A stretch of 64,000 bases of DNA from an uncultured Prolixibacteraceae bacterium (GCA_964552955.1 CAZKIU010000015.1:10897-74896), one strand, 5' to 3'; shown: positions 9,659-20,864, numbered from the stretch's first letter. Program-made: numbers and translations. The notes: generated by a model from the sequence alone, not told the origin.

Positions 9659-10741
9659 ATGAAACAGAATTTCCAAAGTATTATCATAGGTTCCGGAAGT
9701 TACATTCCCCCGGTGGTGGTCAGCAACGACCATTTCCTGGGGCATCGTTTTTTTGATCCGGCGACGAAAACCCCGTATGAGAAGGATAACCTGGAGATCA
9801 TCGAGAAATTCAGGGAGATCACCAATATTTCTGAAAGAAGGTATTGCCTGCCGGAAGAGAACACCTCGGATTTGGGGTACAAGGCAGCCCTGGATGCGAT
9901 CACCTCCTCGGGTATCGATCCGGAGAGTCTGGACTTCATTATTGCGGCCCATAATTTCGGGGATATCAGTGCCACCGTCCTGCGGAGCGACATCATGCCG
10001 GGCATCAGTGCCCGGATCAAGCAGAAGCTGGGGTTGAAGAACCCGGCCATGTTCACCCATGATGTGATTGCCGGATGCCCGGGATGGGTGCAGGCGCTGA
10101 TTGTTGCCGACCTCTTCCTCAAGAGTGGTCAGTACCAGCGGGGTATGGTCGTGGGCTGCGATGTGAACAGCCGGGCGGCCGATCCCTATGACAGGGATGC
10201 CATGATCTTTGCCGACGGGGCCGGAGCGGTCATCCTGGAAGCCAGGGCTACCGACGAACAGGTGGGGATCCTCTCCCATGCCATCCAGAGCGATACCCTC
10301 GAAGCAGGTTACCTGACCATGGACCGCTCCCTGAACCCTGAATACGAAAAAGATGAAATCTTCATCAGGATGCAGGGCCATAAAGTCTACGTATACGCCC
10401 TCACCAACGTTCCCAAGGTGGTCAAAAGAAGCCTTCAACTGGCTGGCCTCACCCTCACCGATGTCAAAAAGGTGCTGATCCACCAGGCCAATGAGAAAAT
10501 GGACCAGGCCATCCTCGAAAGGGTCTTCCGCCTTTATAAAATCAAAGAGATTCCTGAAGATGTGATGCCTATGACCATCAGCTTCCTGGGCAACTCCTCT
10601 TCGGCGACTGTACCCACCCTCTATGACCTGATTGTCAAGGAGAAGCTGGGCGACCACCGTTTAGCCAGCGGCGACGTGATCGTGCTGACTTCTGTGGGCG
10701 CAGGAATGATGATCAACTCGGTCATCTATAAAATGCCCTGA
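9659..10741 (+). CDS. 3-oxoacyl-ACP synthase III family protein (FabH-like)
   Basis: Thiolase-fold KAS III with a Cys (AGCPGW), His (IHQAN) and Asn (GNSSSATVP) catalytic triad pattern. Confidence 0.85.
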   Translation: MKQNFQSIIIGSGSYIPPVVVSNDHFLGHRFFDPATKTPYEKDNLEIIEKFREITNISERRYCLPEENTSDLGYKAALDAITSSGIDPESLDFIIAAHNFGDISATVLRSDIMPGISARIKQKLGLKNPAMFTHDVIAGCPGWVQALIVADLFLKSGQYQRGMVVGCDVNSRAADPYDRDAMIFADGAGAVILEARATDEQVGILSHAIQSDTLEAGYLTMDRSLNPEYEKDEIFIRMQGHKVYVYALTNVPKVVKRSLQLAGLTLTDVKKVLIHQANEKMDQAILERVFRLYKIKEIPEDVMPMTISFLGNSSSATVPTLYDLIVKEKLGDHRLASGDVIVLTSVGAGMMINSVIYKMP

Positions 10742-10787
10742 AAGGAGAATCCCTTCCCGGGGGATGGTATGCTCTCCCATTAACACA

Positions 10788-10820
10788 CATCCCGGATACG
10801 GCAGCGCTGTATCCGGGATG
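10788..10820. terminator. 12-bp GC-rich hairpin between the convergent fabH-like and clpX genes
   Basis: CATCCCGGATAC-N9-GTATCCGGGATG perfect inverted repeat. No clear U-tract on either strand. Confidence 0.35.
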
Positions 10821-10915
10821 CGTCATTAATATGTGGGAGCTTTTAAAATCTGAATTCGGGTCCCCCCTCTCCCTTTTTCATCGTGAAGCCGGGTTCCGGC
10901 ATGTGCGATATTACC

Positions 10916-12148
10916 TTAACTGGCTTTCAGCCTGCTGAGATGCGAATGTTCCAGTTTTTCCGCGGCATAATCAAGAGTGATGCGGAGCGATTTGGTCTCC
11001 TGGGAAGGAGAGTGGAACATGGCATCGACCATGATGCTTTCACAGATGGAGCGCAGACCGCGGGCCCCCAACTTGAACTCGATGGCCTTATCCACAATGT
11101 ACCACAAGGCCTCCTCATCGAATTCCAGCAGGATATGATCGAGCTCGAAAAGCTTCACATATTGTCTGATGATGGAGTTCTTCGGCTCGGTAAGGATTTT
11201 CCGGAGGGTATTCCGGTCGAGCGGATCGAGGTAGGTCAGCACAGGCAGGCGGCCGATGATCTCAGGGATCATGCCGAAAGCCTTCAGGTCAGGGGGTGCG
11301 ATGTATTGCAGGAGGTTCTCCCGTTCGATACGGTCGGCCGCCTGAGCGGCACTGTAACCGATCACCCGGGTGTTGAGGCGTTGGGCGATCTTCCGCTCAA
11401 TACCATCAAAAGCGCCGCCGCAGATAAACAGGATATTCTTGGTATTCACGGGGATCATCTTCTGCTCGGGGTGCTTGCGCCCTCCCTGCGGCGGAACATT
11501 CACCACCGATCCTTCGAGGAGCTTGAGCAACCCCTGCTGGACCCCCTCGCCTGATACGTCACGCGTGATCGAGGGATTATCGCCCTTGCGCGCGATCTTG
11601 TCGATTTCGTCAATGAAGACAATACCCCGCTCTGCCGCTTCCACATTGTAATCGGCAGCCTGCAGCAACCGGGTGAGCAGACTCTCTATATCTTCACCCA
11701 CATAGCCGGCTTCGGTGAGCACCGTGGCATCTACTATCGTGAAGGGGACATGCAGCATCCGGGCGATGGTGCGGGCCAGAAGCGTCTTCCCCGTCCCCGT
11801 CTCACCCACCAGAATGATATTCGACTTCTCAATCTCCGTCTCATCCTCCTTCACCTGCTGTGCCAGCCTCTTATAATGGTTGTAAACAGCCACCGACAGG
11901 ATCTTCTTGGCATCGTCCTGCCCGATCACATACTGGTCCAAAAAACCCTTTATCTCAAGGGGTTTCATCAGCTGGATGCCGGTCAGGTCAAAGCTGTCCT
12001 CCTTTTTCGTCTCCTCCAGAAGGATGGCATGAGCCTGCTCGGCACACCGGTCACAGATATGACCGTCGATCCCTGCGATCAGAAGGTTTACATCTTTTTT
12101 CTCCCGTCCGCAGAATGAACATTTATCCATTTTTCCTTTTGAGGTCAT
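10916..12148 (-). CDS. clpX: ATP-dependent Clp protease ATP-binding subunit ClpX
   Basis: N-terminal C4 zinc finger (CSFCGR...CDRC), Walker A GETGTGKT, Walker [10 protein letters not shown]. Confidence 0.97.
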   Translation of the reverse strand: MTSKGKMDKCSFCGREKKDVNLLIAGIDGHICDRCAEQAHAILLEETKKEDSFDLTGIQLMKPLEIKGFLDQYVIGQDDAKKILSVAVYNHYKRLAQQVKEDETEIEKSNIILVGETGTGKTLLARTIARMLHVPFTIVDATVLTEAGYVGEDIESLLTRLLQAADYNVEAAERGIVFIDEIDKIARKGDNPSITRDVSGEGVQQGLLKLLEGSVVNVPPQGGRKHPEQKMIPVNTKNILFICGGAFDGIERKIAQRLNTRVIGYSAAQAADRIERENLLQYIAPPDLKAFGMIPEIIGRLPVLTYLDPLDRNTLRKILTEPKNSIIRQYVKLFELDHILLEFDEEALWYIVDKAIEFKLGARGLRSICESIMVDAMFHSPSQETKSLRITLDYAAEKLEHSHLSRLKAS

Positions 12149-12149
12149 C

Positions 12150-12827
12150 TTACTTTTTCTCCCTGACCAGGATCTCGTCGATCATTCCATAATCTACGGC
12201 TTCCTGTGAAGTCATCCAATAATCCCTGTCTGCATCCTTTTCCACCTGGTCGACCGGTTTGCCGGTATGGATGGAGATAATACTATAGAGTTCGTTTTTG
12301 ATCTTCATGATCTCACGGGCGGTGATCTCTATATCGGAAGCCTGGCCCGAAGCTCCGCCCATGGGCTGGTGAATCATGATGCGCGAGTGTTTCAGGGCCG
12401 ACCGTTTTCCGTGGGTGCCGGCGGTCAGCAGGACCGCTCCCATGGAAGCCGCCATGCCCGTACAGATGGTGGCCACATTGGCCGTAATGTACTGCATCGT
12501 GTCATAAATGCCCATCCCGGCATATACCGACCCCCCCGGTGTATTGAAATAAACCTGAATATCCTTGGAGGGATCTGTCGATTCCAGAAATAACAACTGC
12601 GCCTGGATAATATTGGCCACCGTATCGTCAATGGGCACCCCCAGGAAAATGATCCGGTCCATCATCAGCCGTGAAAACACATCCATGGAGGCCACATTCA
12701 ACTGGCGCTCCTCGATGATGGTGGGAGAAATGTAATAATCCTGGGCCGAGGTGTAACGGTGCATGGTCATACTGCTGATCCCGGCATGCCTGACGGCATA
12801 TTTCATGAATTCATCGTTCAGATGCAT
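12150..12827 (-). CDS. clpP: ATP-dependent Clp protease proteolytic subunit ClpP
   Basis: Ser/His/Asp family blocks ([14 protein letters not shown]). Start set at the MHLNDEF ATG (12827); the tracked ORF extends to 12890. Confidence 0.95.
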   Translation of the reverse strand: MHLNDEFMKYAVRHAGISSMTMHRYTSAQDYYISPTIIEERQLNVASMDVFSRLMMDRIIFLGVPIDDTVANIIQAQLLFLESTDPSKDIQVYFNTPGGSVYAGMGIYDTMQYITANVATICTGMAASMGAVLLTAGTHGKRSALKHSRIMIHQPMGGASGQASDIEITAREIMKIKNELYSIISIHTGKPVDQVEKDADRDYWMTSQEAVDYGMIDEILVREKK

Positions 12828-12913
12828 AATCTTTCCCTCCTGGTTAAATGATACAATACCCCTGACCCGTGTCTCCGGGGTGAAACGCAAAGTTAATAAA
12901 TTAGGGGAATGTG

Positions 12914-14296
12914 TTATTCCCCGCTTTCTTCACTTTCGCCCTTATTTCCCAGAAGTTCCGAGAATTCCTCGCTGGTGACCGCCTTCTCGGTGATGCTTCC
13001 TTTTTCTTTGATCAGGGCGAACACCTTATCCTCAAAAAGCTTGCGCACCAGACGCTCCCGGTCTTCTTCCTTCTCCATGATCTTCTTCACATAACCTCCC
13101 AGAAGATCGTCGGGCAGATCGTTGATGCCATACTGACGGAACTGAGAAAGGGCTACCTGCCGGGCCAGGCCAGTCACTTCTTCCTCGGTGACGTTGATTT
13201 CATGATCGCGGATCAGCTTGTTTTTAATCAGCTGCCAGCGCAAATCCTGCAGGAAACCGTCAAAATCCTTTTCGATCTGTTCGTCGGTCATCTCCTTGTT
13301 GACTTCCCTGAGCCAGCGGCGCAGGAACTCCTCAGGCAGTTCAGGATGAATCGCCGACACCAGGCTTTCACGGGCATCAAGGGCAAATTTCTGATCTGAC
13401 GACTGGGCCAGGTGGACCGCAATCTCGGCGGCCAGGCGGCTGCGGAATTCTTCACTGGTGGTTACGCCCGATTCAGGACCGTAGATCTTGGTGAAGAGTT
13501 CCTCATTGATCTCTGCCTTCCGGAAGTTAAGAACCGAGCGCACCGTAAAGCTGAAATTTCCCGACAGTTCATCGGCATCCTCATGGCTGATGTTGAGCAT
13601 GTGACTCACTTCATGGCGATCCTGGAAGACCACCACCGGATCAAAGACCACCACATCACCACTCTGTTTGCCCAGAATAGAAGTGCGGGCGGCCTCATCC
13701 TTCATCAGATCTACGGCAATGAGCACTCCTTCGGCGGTTACTCCCCCTTCCAGCGGCGCTCCCTCTTCGTTCAACTGCACAAAATCACCCCGCACGCTGC
13801 TCTTCTCCTCTACGATGACGGCTTCCTCATTGGTCCCAAAATTCATCCTGACCGACTCCAGGTTCTCCTCGATCATTTTGTCGTCAACGATGATCCGGTA
13901 GTAGTCGACAGGTGCCGTTTTGGTAAGATCTACCTCCACTTCCGGAGATACAGCGATATCAAAGACAAACTCAAAGGTGGTATCGTTTTCCCAATCGATG
14001 GGTTTCTGGTGTTCAACGCTGGGCAGCGGGTCGCCCAGGACGGAAATCTTCTCTTCCTGGAGATAGCTGGTGAGGTTATTCGACAGCAGGTTATTCACCT
14101 CCTCGGCCAGTACCGGCCGTCCAAAACGCTTGTTGATCAGGGAAGCAGGGACCTTTCCCGGCCGGAACCCCGGAAGGGAAGCCTTCATCCTGTAATCACG
14201 CAGCTTCTCAGCTACTGTCTTTTCATAATCAGCGGGTTCCACAACCACTCTCACCACGGAGTATCCTTTGTCACTCTCTTCTCTGGTAATCTTCAT
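12914..14296 (-). CDS. tig: Trigger factor
   Basis: N-terminal ribosome-binding block (GFRPGKVP) and the tig-clpP-clpX gene order. Start set at the MKITREE ATG (14296), because the longer tracked ORF runs into the tRNA gene. Confidence 0.92.
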   Translation of the reverse strand: MKITREESDKGYSVVRVVVEPADYEKTVAEKLRDYRMKASLPGFRPGKVPASLINKRFGRPVLAEEVNNLLSNNLTSYLQEEKISVLGDPLPSVEHQKPIDWENDTTFEFVFDIAVSPEVEVDLTKTAPVDYYRIIVDDKMIEENLESVRMNFGTNEEAVIVEEKSSVRGDFVQLNEEGAPLEGGVTAEGVLIAVDLMKDEAARTSILGKQSGDVVVFDPVVVFQDRHEVSHMLNISHEDADELSGNFSFTVRSVLNFRKAEINEELFTKIYGPESGVTTSEEFRSRLAAEIAVHLAQSSDQKFALDARESLVSAIHPELPEEFLRRWLREVNKEMTDEQIEKDFDGFLQDLRWQLIKNKLIRDHEINVTEEEVTGLARQVALSQFRQYGINDLPDDLLGGYVKKIMEKEEDRERLVRKLFEDKVFALIKEKGSITEKAVTSEEFSELLGNKGESEESGE

Positions 14297-14374
14297 AGTC
14301 TTCTTGTATATCCTGAAAACAACATTAATGATTTTAAGCCGGTTGCTGCCCCAGGGGCATCCTTCCGGCCAAGG

Positions 14375-14456
14375 TGCGGACGAAGGGACTCGAACCCCCA
14401 CGCCGTAAGGCACCAGATCCTAAGTCTGGCACGTCTACCAATTCCGCCACGTCCGC
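14375..14456 (-). tRNA. tRNA-Leu (anticodon UAG), type II with long variable arm
   Basis: Minus strand reads GCGGACG-UG-GCG..GGUAGA..CGU-G-CCAGA-CUUAGGA-UCUGG-long variable arm-GGGGG-UUCGAGU-CCCUU-CGUCCGC-A. It folds by hand into a cloverleaf with a 7-bp acceptor stem and a TPsiC loop. Confidence 0.9.
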
Positions 14457-14467
14457 AATTTGAGGCG

Positions 14468-14475
14468 CAAAGGTA
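14468..14475 (-). promoter_or_regulatory. Candidate -7 promoter box (TACCTTTG) for tRNA-Leu
   Basis: The minus strand reads TACCTTTG (TAnnTTTG consensus), ending 12 nt before the mature tRNA 5' end. Confidence 0.45.
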
Positions 14476-14533
14476 GTTTTTTTTTGGTTATTGGGGTCGT
14501 CCTGACGACTGAATCGTCAAAAAAATCAGCTCT

Positions 14534-15256
14534 TTAACGCAATGTGAAATTCTGACCGAGATAGACCTTCCGCACTACCTCATCGTTGGCAAGGTCTTGA
14601 GCCGACCCTGACTTGAGGATGCTTCCCTCGAAAAGGAGATAGGAACGGTCGGTGATGGAGAGGGTTTCGTGGACATTATGGTCGGTGATGAGCACGCCGA
14701 TATTTTTCGCCTTGAGTTTGGAGACGATGTGCTGGATATCTTCGACAGCAATGGGGTCGACGCCGGCAAAGGGTTCATCGAGAAGGATGAACTTGGGATC
14801 AATCGCCAGGGCCCGGGCTATTTCGGTACGGCGGCGTTCTCCTCCCGACAACTGGTAGCCCTTGCTCTTTCTGATATGCTGCAACCCAAATTCGGTGAGC
14901 AGCGATTCCAGTTTCTCCTGTTGATAATCGCGCGTATAGCTGGTCATCTCCAGCACTGCCCTGAGGTTGTCTTCAATGCTCAGTTTGCGGAATACACTCG
15001 CCTCCTGGGCCAGGTAGCCGATGCCCAACTGGGCCCGTTTGTATACCGGCAGGCGGGTGATCTCCTCGTCGTTGAGGTAGATATTCCCGGAAAAAGGCTG
15101 GATCAGGCCTACAATCATATAAAAAGAGGTGGTCTTTCCTGCGCCGTTGGGCCCCAGCAATCCCACAATCTCCCCCTGGTGCACCTCAAAACTCACCCCG
15201 TTGACCACCGTCCGCTTCCGGTACTTCTTGACTATGTTCTCTGCCCTTAATATCAT
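14534..15256 (-). CDS. lptB: LPS export ABC transporter ATP-binding protein LptB
   Basis: Walker [13 protein letters not shown] signature LSGGERRR, Walker B ILLDEP. 240 aa with an LptB-type C-terminus. Confidence 0.92.
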   Translation of the reverse strand: MILRAENIVKKYRKRTVVNGVSFEVHQGEIVGLLGPNGAGKTTSFYMIVGLIQPFSGNIYLNDEEITRLPVYKRAQLGIGYLAQEASVFRKLSIEDNLRAVLEMTSYTRDYQQEKLESLLTEFGLQHIRKSKGYQLSGGERRRTEIARALAIDPKFILLDEPFAGVDPIAVEDIQHIVSKLKAKNIGVLITDHNVHETLSITDRSYLLFEGSILKSGSAQDLANDEVVRKVYLGQNFTLR

Positions 15257-15275
15257 GATTGCTCAGTTCAACGAT

Positions 15276-16166
15276 TCAGGAAACGCCGGCCGCCATCTTG
15301 GCTTTTTTCTCCATCTTCCTGACGACCCTCCCCGAGATGAGAATGCTCAGCTCATAAAGCAGCAGCAGCGGCACTGCCACCAGAATCTGGCTGAAGATGT
15401 CGGGCGGGGTGATGATGGCCGATAACAAAAAGAGTAAAACAATGGCATGTTTACGGTAGGTACGCATGAACCCCGGCGTCAGCAGCCCTACCCTGCTCAG
15501 GGAGTAGGAAAAGACCGGCAACAGAAACACCACCCCGGAGGCAAAAACAATGCTCACCACTATGCTGATGTAAGAGGTGATGTTGATCTGGTTGGAAACA
15601 TCGGGACTGATGGAATAATTTCCGAAGAACTCAATGGAGAGGGGCACGATCAGGTAATAGCCAAATAAAATACCCACAATAAAAAGAAAAGTGGTATAAA
15701 AAACAGCCCCTGTGGCCACCTTTTTCTCGTTTTCATAGAGGGCCGGTTTGATGAACTTCCAGAATTCCCAGAAGACCACCGGTGCCGCCAGGATAAGCCC
15801 CGCCACCATGGCGGTCCACATCGACATATTGAACTGCCCCGGTAATTTGATGTTGATCAGTTCAATCTCCTTCTGATTGATCCTCAGGGCGTCACTCCCC
15901 AGGAATTCAGCCAACCGGGAAAACATCCTGTTGGTCCAGAAATCGGGCGATTTGGGTTTGAAAATGATCTCATGAAAGATGAAATCCTGGATGATAAATG
16001 CGAAAATGGCAAGCACAACAATGGCTATCAGGGAACGTATGATATGCCATCTCAACTCTTCCAGATGGTCCAGAAACGACATTTCACCCACTTTTTCCTT
16101 TTCCCTGCGTTCCTGATTTTCTATCGCCTTTAATTCTCTATCACTCTTTTTCAGGCCCATCGGCAT
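15276..16166 (-). CDS. tatC: Twin-arginine translocase subunit TatC
   Basis: The FLDHLEELRWHIIRS N-terminal block followed by six hydrophobic segments. An alternative start at MSFLDH (16082) is possible. Confidence 0.9.
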   Translation of the reverse strand: MPMGLKKSDRELKAIENQERREKEKVGEMSFLDHLEELRWHIIRSLIAIVVLAIFAFIIQDFIFHEIIFKPKSPDFWTNRMFSRLAEFLGSDALRINQKEIELINIKLPGQFNMSMWTAMVAGLILAAPVVFWEFWKFIKPALYENEKKVATGAVFYTTFLFIVGILFGYYLIVPLSIEFFGNYSISPDVSNQINITSYISIVVSIVFASGVVFLLPVFSYSLSRVGLLTPGFMRTYRKHAIVLLFLLSAIITPPDIFSQILVAVPLLLLYELSILISGRVVRKMEKKAKMAAGVS

Positions 16167-16274
16167 CGGTCACAATTGTTAAAACACTGCAAATATAGCG
16201 ACTTCCCCCAAACCGCGCCCGTTACGTTTTGTATAAATATTTCTAAAAATTGTCGGATGCGTTTGTGCATTGGA

Positions 16275-16282
16275 TAACTTTG
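16275..16282 (+). promoter_or_regulatory. Candidate -7 promoter box (TAACTTTG) for recQ
   Basis: TAnnTTTG match in the AT-rich divergent tatC/recQ spacer, 62 nt upstream of the recQ ATG. Confidence 0.25.
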
Positions 16283-16343
16283 ACTAATTTAGGTAGTTTA
16301 TTAAAAAATCTGCATTCAAACTTTATCCGGAAAATAACCACTG

Positions 16344-18527
16344 ATGCCAAGAAAGAGTGAATTAACAGAATATCTTCATAGATATTTCGGTTTTGACAGG
16401 TTCAAGGGGGAACAGGAAGCTGCCATCATGAGTGTGCTGGAGGGGCACAACACCTTTGTGTTGATGCCCACAGGAGGAGGCAAATCCCTGATTTATCAGT
16501 TACCGGCGGTGATGATGGAAGGGACGGCCCTGGTCATCTCGCCCCTGATCGCGCTGATGAAAAACCAGGTTGACTCCATGCGGGGGATCTCCACCGAAGA
16601 CAATATTGCCCATTTTCTCAACTCGTCGTTAACGAAGGCCGCCATCCAGGATGTGAAGGATGATGTTCTGGCCGGAAAGACCAAACTGTTGTATGTGGCC
16701 CCTGAGTCGCTCACCAAAGAGGAGAATGTCGAGTTCCTGAAGAACATCAAAATATCCTTTTATGCCGTGGATGAGGCCCATTGTATTTCGGAGTGGGGGC
16801 ATGATTTCAGACCGGAATACCGCCGGATCAGGCCCATTGTCCAGGAAATCGGGGTAGCTCCCGTGGTAGCCCTGACGGCCACAGCCACGGCCAAGGTACA
16901 ACATGACATCCAGAAAAACCTGGGTATTCTCGACGCCAACGTCTTCAAGGCCTCCTTCAACCGGCCCAACCTCTACTACGAGGTACGCCCCAAGGTGAAA
17001 CCTGAAAACCAGATCATCCGCTTTATCAAGGAGAACGCGGGTAAATCAGGCATTATTTACTGTCTGAGCCGCAAAAAGGTGGAAGAGCTGGCCGAGACCC
17101 TCCGCATCAATGAGATCAAGGTGCTGCCCTACCACGCGGGCATGGATGCCGCCACCCGGAGCCTGAACCAGGATAAGTTCCTGATGGAAGAGGTGGACGT
17201 CATGGTGGCCACCATTGCCTTCGGCATGGGCATCGACAAACCCGACGTGCGCTATGTGATCCATTATGATATTCCCAAGAGCCTGGAGGGGTATTACCAG
17301 GAGACCGGCCGCGCCGGCCGCGATGGCGGCGAGGGTAAATGCATCACCTTTTACAGCTACAAGGATATCCAGAAACTCGACAAGTTCATGCATGGCAAAC
17401 CGGTCGCTGAACAGGAAATCGGCCGCCAGCTGCTCCTCGATACCGTCTCCTATGCCGAAACCGCCATCTGCCGCCGTATCATCCTGCTCCACTATTTCGG
17501 AGAAAAATATGAAAACGAAAACTGCGGCAACTGCGACAACTGCCTCAACCCCAAAGAGATCATCGAAGCCAGCGACGAGGTGACCCGTGCCCTGGAGGCC
17601 ATCATGGAGGTGAAGGAGAAATACAAAGCCGAACATATCGCCGACATCCTGGTGGGAAAAACCACTGCCGCCGTCAAATCGTTCCATCACGATGAACTGG
17701 AAACCTTTGGCTCGGGCGACGACCACGACGAACATTTCTGGAATGCCGTCTTCCGGCAGTCGATGGTCGCCGGACTGATTTCCAAGGATATCGAAAACTA
17801 CGGGTTGCTGAAAATCACCCCCGAAGGGCATGAATTCCTCAAGAACCCCCGTCCGTTCCAACTGGTAAAAAACCACCGCTACGAGGATGAAGAGGACGAA
17901 GCAGCCGCAGGCGCCCCCGCCGGTGGATCAGGCGGCGATACCGAACTCTTCAACATGCTCAAAGACCTGAGAAAAAGCATCGCGAAAAAACACGACCTTC
18001 CTCCTTTTGTCATCTTTCAGGATCCTTCACTGGCCGACATGTCCATCCAGTATCCCATTGACCTCGATGAACTCCAGAAAATCCAGGGCGTCGGCCAGGG
18101 AAAAGCCCAACGCTATGGCAAGGAATTCGTCGCCCTGATCAAAAAGTATGTCGAGGAGAACGAAATCGAACGGCCTCAGGACCTGGTCGTCCGCCAGGTC
18201 GCCAACAAATCGAAGATGAAGGTCTATATCATCCAGAGTATCGACAGGAAAATCTCGCTGGAAGATATTGCTGAAGCCAAAGGAATCGAATTCCCCGAGC
18301 TGCTGACTGAATTGGAAGCCATCGTAAATTCAGGAACCCGCATCAATATCGATTACTATATTAATGAAGTTCTCGATGAAGAACAGCAGGAGGAGATTTT
18401 TGACTACTTCCGCGAATCCGAAAACGACTCTGCCGCAGAGGCCCTGGCCGAATTGGGTGGCACCGATTACACGGAAGAGCATGTCCGCCTGATGCGCATC
18501 AAGTTCCTCTCCGACATGGGAAACTAA
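16344..18527 (+). CDS. recQ: ATP-dependent DNA helicase RecQ
   Basis: Helicase motifs (PTGGGKSL, DEAHC), RecQ zinc-binding Cys cluster (CRR...CGNCDNC), and RQC plus HRDC regions. Confidence 0.96.
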   Translation: MPRKSELTEYLHRYFGFDRFKGEQEAAIMSVLEGHNTFVLMPTGGGKSLIYQLPAVMMEGTALVISPLIALMKNQVDSMRGISTEDNIAHFLNSSLTKAAIQDVKDDVLAGKTKLLYVAPESLTKEENVEFLKNIKISFYAVDEAHCISEWGHDFRPEYRRIRPIVQEIGVAPVVALTATATAKVQHDIQKNLGILDANVFKASFNRPNLYYEVRPKVKPENQIIRFIKENAGKSGIIYCLSRKKVEELAETLRINEIKVLPYHAGMDAATRSLNQDKFLMEEVDVMVATIAFGMGIDKPDVRYVIHYDIPKSLEGYYQETGRAGRDGGEGKCITFYSYKDIQKLDKFMHGKPVAEQEIGRQLLLDTVSYAETAICRRIILLHYFGEKYENENCGNCDNCLNPKEIIEASDEVTRALEAIMEVKEKYKAEHIADILVGKTTAAVKSFHHDELETFGSGDDHDEHFWNAVFRQSMVAGLISKDIENYGLLKITPEGHEFLKNPRPFQLVKNHRYEDEEDEAAAGAPAGGSGGDTELFNMLKDLRKSIAKKHDLPPFVIFQDPSLADMSIQYPIDLDELQKIQGVGQGKAQRYGKEFVALIKKYVEENEIERPQDLVVRQVANKSKMKVYIIQSIDRKISLEDIAEAKGIEFPELLTELEAIVNSGTRINIDYYINEVLDEEQQEEIFDYFRESENDSAAEALAELGGTDYTEEHVRLMRIKFLSDMGN

Positions 18528-18756
18528 CCATTTCCTCCGGAACTTTTTCAAAGCGCCGCACGCTGATATCCTGACAGGAGCGATGGCCTCCCCTGCGCTG
18601 AGGCCGCCGGTGGAAGGGGGCCCCATGAGGCTGCTCCACCTCAACACCCCTCTCGTCTCAGGCGAGGCGCCTTTCCTATGACCCGGGATAAGGCGAATGA
18701 TCCCACAGGGAACTCCTCCCAGAGGGTGCTGCTGATGTAAATTGAAGAATTTTAAA

Positions 18757-18764
18757 TATTTTTG
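18757..18764 (+). promoter_or_regulatory. Candidate -7 promoter box (TATTTTTG) for ahcY
   Basis: TAnnTTTG match 35 nt upstream of the ahcY ATG, in the only AT-rich part of the spacer. Confidence 0.4.
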
Positions 18765-18799
18765 CCCGGAATTTAATGACCCTGAAAAAATAACAGAAT

Positions 18800-20197
18800 A
18801 TGACAGAATATAAGGTAGCCGATATCGGGCTGGCCGGTTTTGGCCGGAAGGAGATAACCATTGCAGAAAAAGAGATGCCGGGACTGATGGCCATCAGGGA
18901 GCGGTACCGTGTCACGCAGCCTTTGAAAGGAGCCCGGATCATGGGTAGCCTGCACATGACGATCCAGACGGCAGTATTGATCGAGACCCTGGCGGCTCTG
19001 GGGGCCGAGGTGCGGTGGGCCAGCTGCAACATTTTCTCGACGCAGGACCATGCTGCCGCGGCCATTGCCGCCGCAGGCATTCCCGTTTTTGCCTGGAAGG
19101 GGGAGACCCTGGAAGAGTACTGGTGGTGCACCGAGAGGGCCCTTGACTTTGGCAACGGCCAGGGACCTCACCTCATCGTTGACGACGGGGGAGATGCCAC
19201 CTTGATGGTCCACCGGGGTTACAAGGCCGAAAAAGATCCCTCCATCCTGGAACTTCCCGCCGAAGGAGAGGATGAGAAACAGCTTAACCTGCTGCTCAGG
19301 AAGATCCTGGCGGCCACGCCGCACCGCTGGAACCTGGCTGCCGCCGATATCAGGGGGGTTTCCGAAGAGACCACCACCGGGGTGCACCGGCTTTATCAGA
19401 TGCAGGAAGCCGGGGAACTCCTTTTCCCGGCCATCAATGTCAACGACTCGGTGACCAAGTCGAAATTCGACAACCTGTATGGGTGCCGTGAGTCCCTGGC
19501 CGACGGGATCAAAAGGGCCACCGACGTGATGATTGCCGGCAAGGTAGTAGTGGTGGCCGGCTATGGAGACGTGGGTAAAGGGTGTGCCCGCTCCATGCGG
19601 GGCTACGGAGCACGCGTCATCGTCACCGAAATAGACCCCATCTGCGCCCTGCAGGCTGCCATGGAAGGCTTCGAGGTGAAAACCATGGAGGAAGCCCTCC
19701 CCGAGGGAAATATCTTCGTGACCACCACCGGCAACCGCGATGTGATCACCGGCGAACATATGGCAGCCATGAAAGACCAGGCCATCGTTTGTAATATCGG
19801 TCACTTCGACAATGAGATCCAGGTGGCACGCCTCGAAAAATGGCCCGGGATCACCAAAACCAACATCAAGCCGCAGGTCGACCAATACAGCTACCCCGAC
19901 GGGCATACTATATTTCTTCTGGCCGAAGGGCGCCTGGTCAACCTGGGATGTGCCACCGGTCACCCCTCATTTGTGATGAGTAACTCCTTCACCAACCAGA
20001 CGCTGGCCCAGATAGAGCTGTGGCAGAATAAGCTGGAAACCGGCGTTTACCGGCTTCCCAAACGGCTCGACGAAGAGGTGGCACGCCTTCACCTGCAACA
20101 ACTGGGAGTTAAACTGACCACCCTCACCAGGGAACAGGCCGACTATCTGGGGGTAGCCCCCGAAGGCCCGTACAAGCCAGAACATTACCGCTATTGA
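18800..20197 (+). CDS. ahcY: Adenosylhomocysteinase
   Basis: Full-length match to SAH hydrolase blocks ([43 protein letters not shown]). Confidence 0.97.
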   Translation: MTEYKVADIGLAGFGRKEITIAEKEMPGLMAIRERYRVTQPLKGARIMGSLHMTIQTAVLIETLAALGAEVRWASCNIFSTQDHAAAAIAAAGIPVFAWKGETLEEYWWCTERALDFGNGQGPHLIVDDGGDATLMVHRGYKAEKDPSILELPAEGEDEKQLNLLLRKILAATPHRWNLAAADIRGVSEETTTGVHRLYQMQEAGELLFPAINVNDSVTKSKFDNLYGCRESLADGIKRATDVMIAGKVVVVAGYGDVGKGCARSMRGYGARVIVTEIDPICALQAAMEGFEVKTMEEALPEGNIFVTTTGNRDVITGEHMAAMKDQAIVCNIGHFDNEIQVARLEKWPGITKTNIKPQVDQYSYPDGHTIFLLAEGRLVNLGCATGHPSFVMSNSFTNQTLAQIELWQNKLETGVYRLPKRLDEEVARLHLQQLGVKLTTLTREQADYLGVAPEGPYKPEHYRY

Positions 20198-20211
20198 CCA
20201 GGATGTTGCCA

Positions 20212-20235
20212 AAGGTGAGGAGCTGCCCTCACCTT
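20212..20235. terminator. 9-bp hairpin downstream of ahcY
   Basis: AAGGTGAGG-AGCTGC-CCTCACCTT starts 15 nt after the ahcY stop. No U-tract. Confidence 0.35.
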
Positions 20236-20324
20236 CGGCCCATCCCTTCATAGAACCAACCGGGCCCCCTTCCTTTGTGAGGAAAAAGAGCACCGGTTTC
20301 AATGCAGAAGAGTGAATCCTGCCG

Positions 20325-20358
20325 CTGAAACCGCCTTACGCAGGGAAGGCGGTTTCAG
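20325..20358. terminator. 13-bp hairpin overlapping the stop codon of the Rieske-like gene
   Basis: CTGAAACCGCCTT-N8-AAGGCGGTTTCAG perfect inverted repeat in the convergent ahcY/lipoprotein spacer. Confidence 0.35.
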
Positions 20359-20768
20359 TTATAAATCCTGAGGAAGTTGCCGGTCACCGACACATGGTAA
20401 GCCTGCAGGGGAAAGGTGGCCGGTCCTTTGGCTGGATAGCCCCCGCCCATGAGGAGAAACTGGGAGTGGCAGCGCGGGCAGGTGGCCACAGGTCCCTCCA
20501 GCCCCACCGGGACCTTCGGGTCAATCTCATGGGTGCAGGCCGCATCAAAGGCATACCACGACCCCGGAAACTCACAATAGATGACCACCCCGCCAAAACC
20601 CACCCCACGGAAATAAGCCGAATTGCCAGCCACCGTCAGCTCATTCATGATGGCCAGATCGACCGTGAAGGATACCGGAACGTAGGGAATCACCTCATTG
20701 CGCTCCTTGTCGCAGGCTGTCACCAAAGCCACAACCAGCACTGCCGTCATGAAAAACTTTCTGATCAT
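20355..20768 (-). CDS. Rieske-fold-like lipoprotein with a degenerate cluster-ligand motif
   Basis: Lipobox VTAC. C78-T-H80 followed 16 residues later by C97-P-R-C100-H101, where CPxH is expected. Start set at the MIRKFF ATG (20768); the rest of the 339-aa tracked ORF is antisense to the next gene. Confidence 0.7.
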   Translation of the reverse strand: MIRKFFMTAVLVVALVTACDKERNEVIPYVPVSFTVDLAIMNELTVAGNSAYFRGVGFGGVVIYCEFPGSWYAFDAACTHEIDPKVPVGLEGPVATCPRCHSQFLLMGGGYPAKGPATFPLQAYHVSVTGNFLRIYN

Positions 20769-20864
20769 TTTCCCGGGTTCCTTATTTTTGCTACCTTTAT
20801 CTCCAACAAACAACGAAGGTAGCCGTTTTATTTCACAGAACGAACAGAAATTTCCAACCACCCC

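Noticed and set aside
18540-18700. Possible SAH riboswitch upstream of ahcY (AGGAGCG...GCGCTGAGGCC resembles part of the motif)
   Set aside because: The conserved CAGGCUCGG and AACGGCGCUCA elements and the pseudoknot pairing are absent. The likely promoter box (18757-18764) lies downstream of the segment, so it would not be in the ahcY leader.
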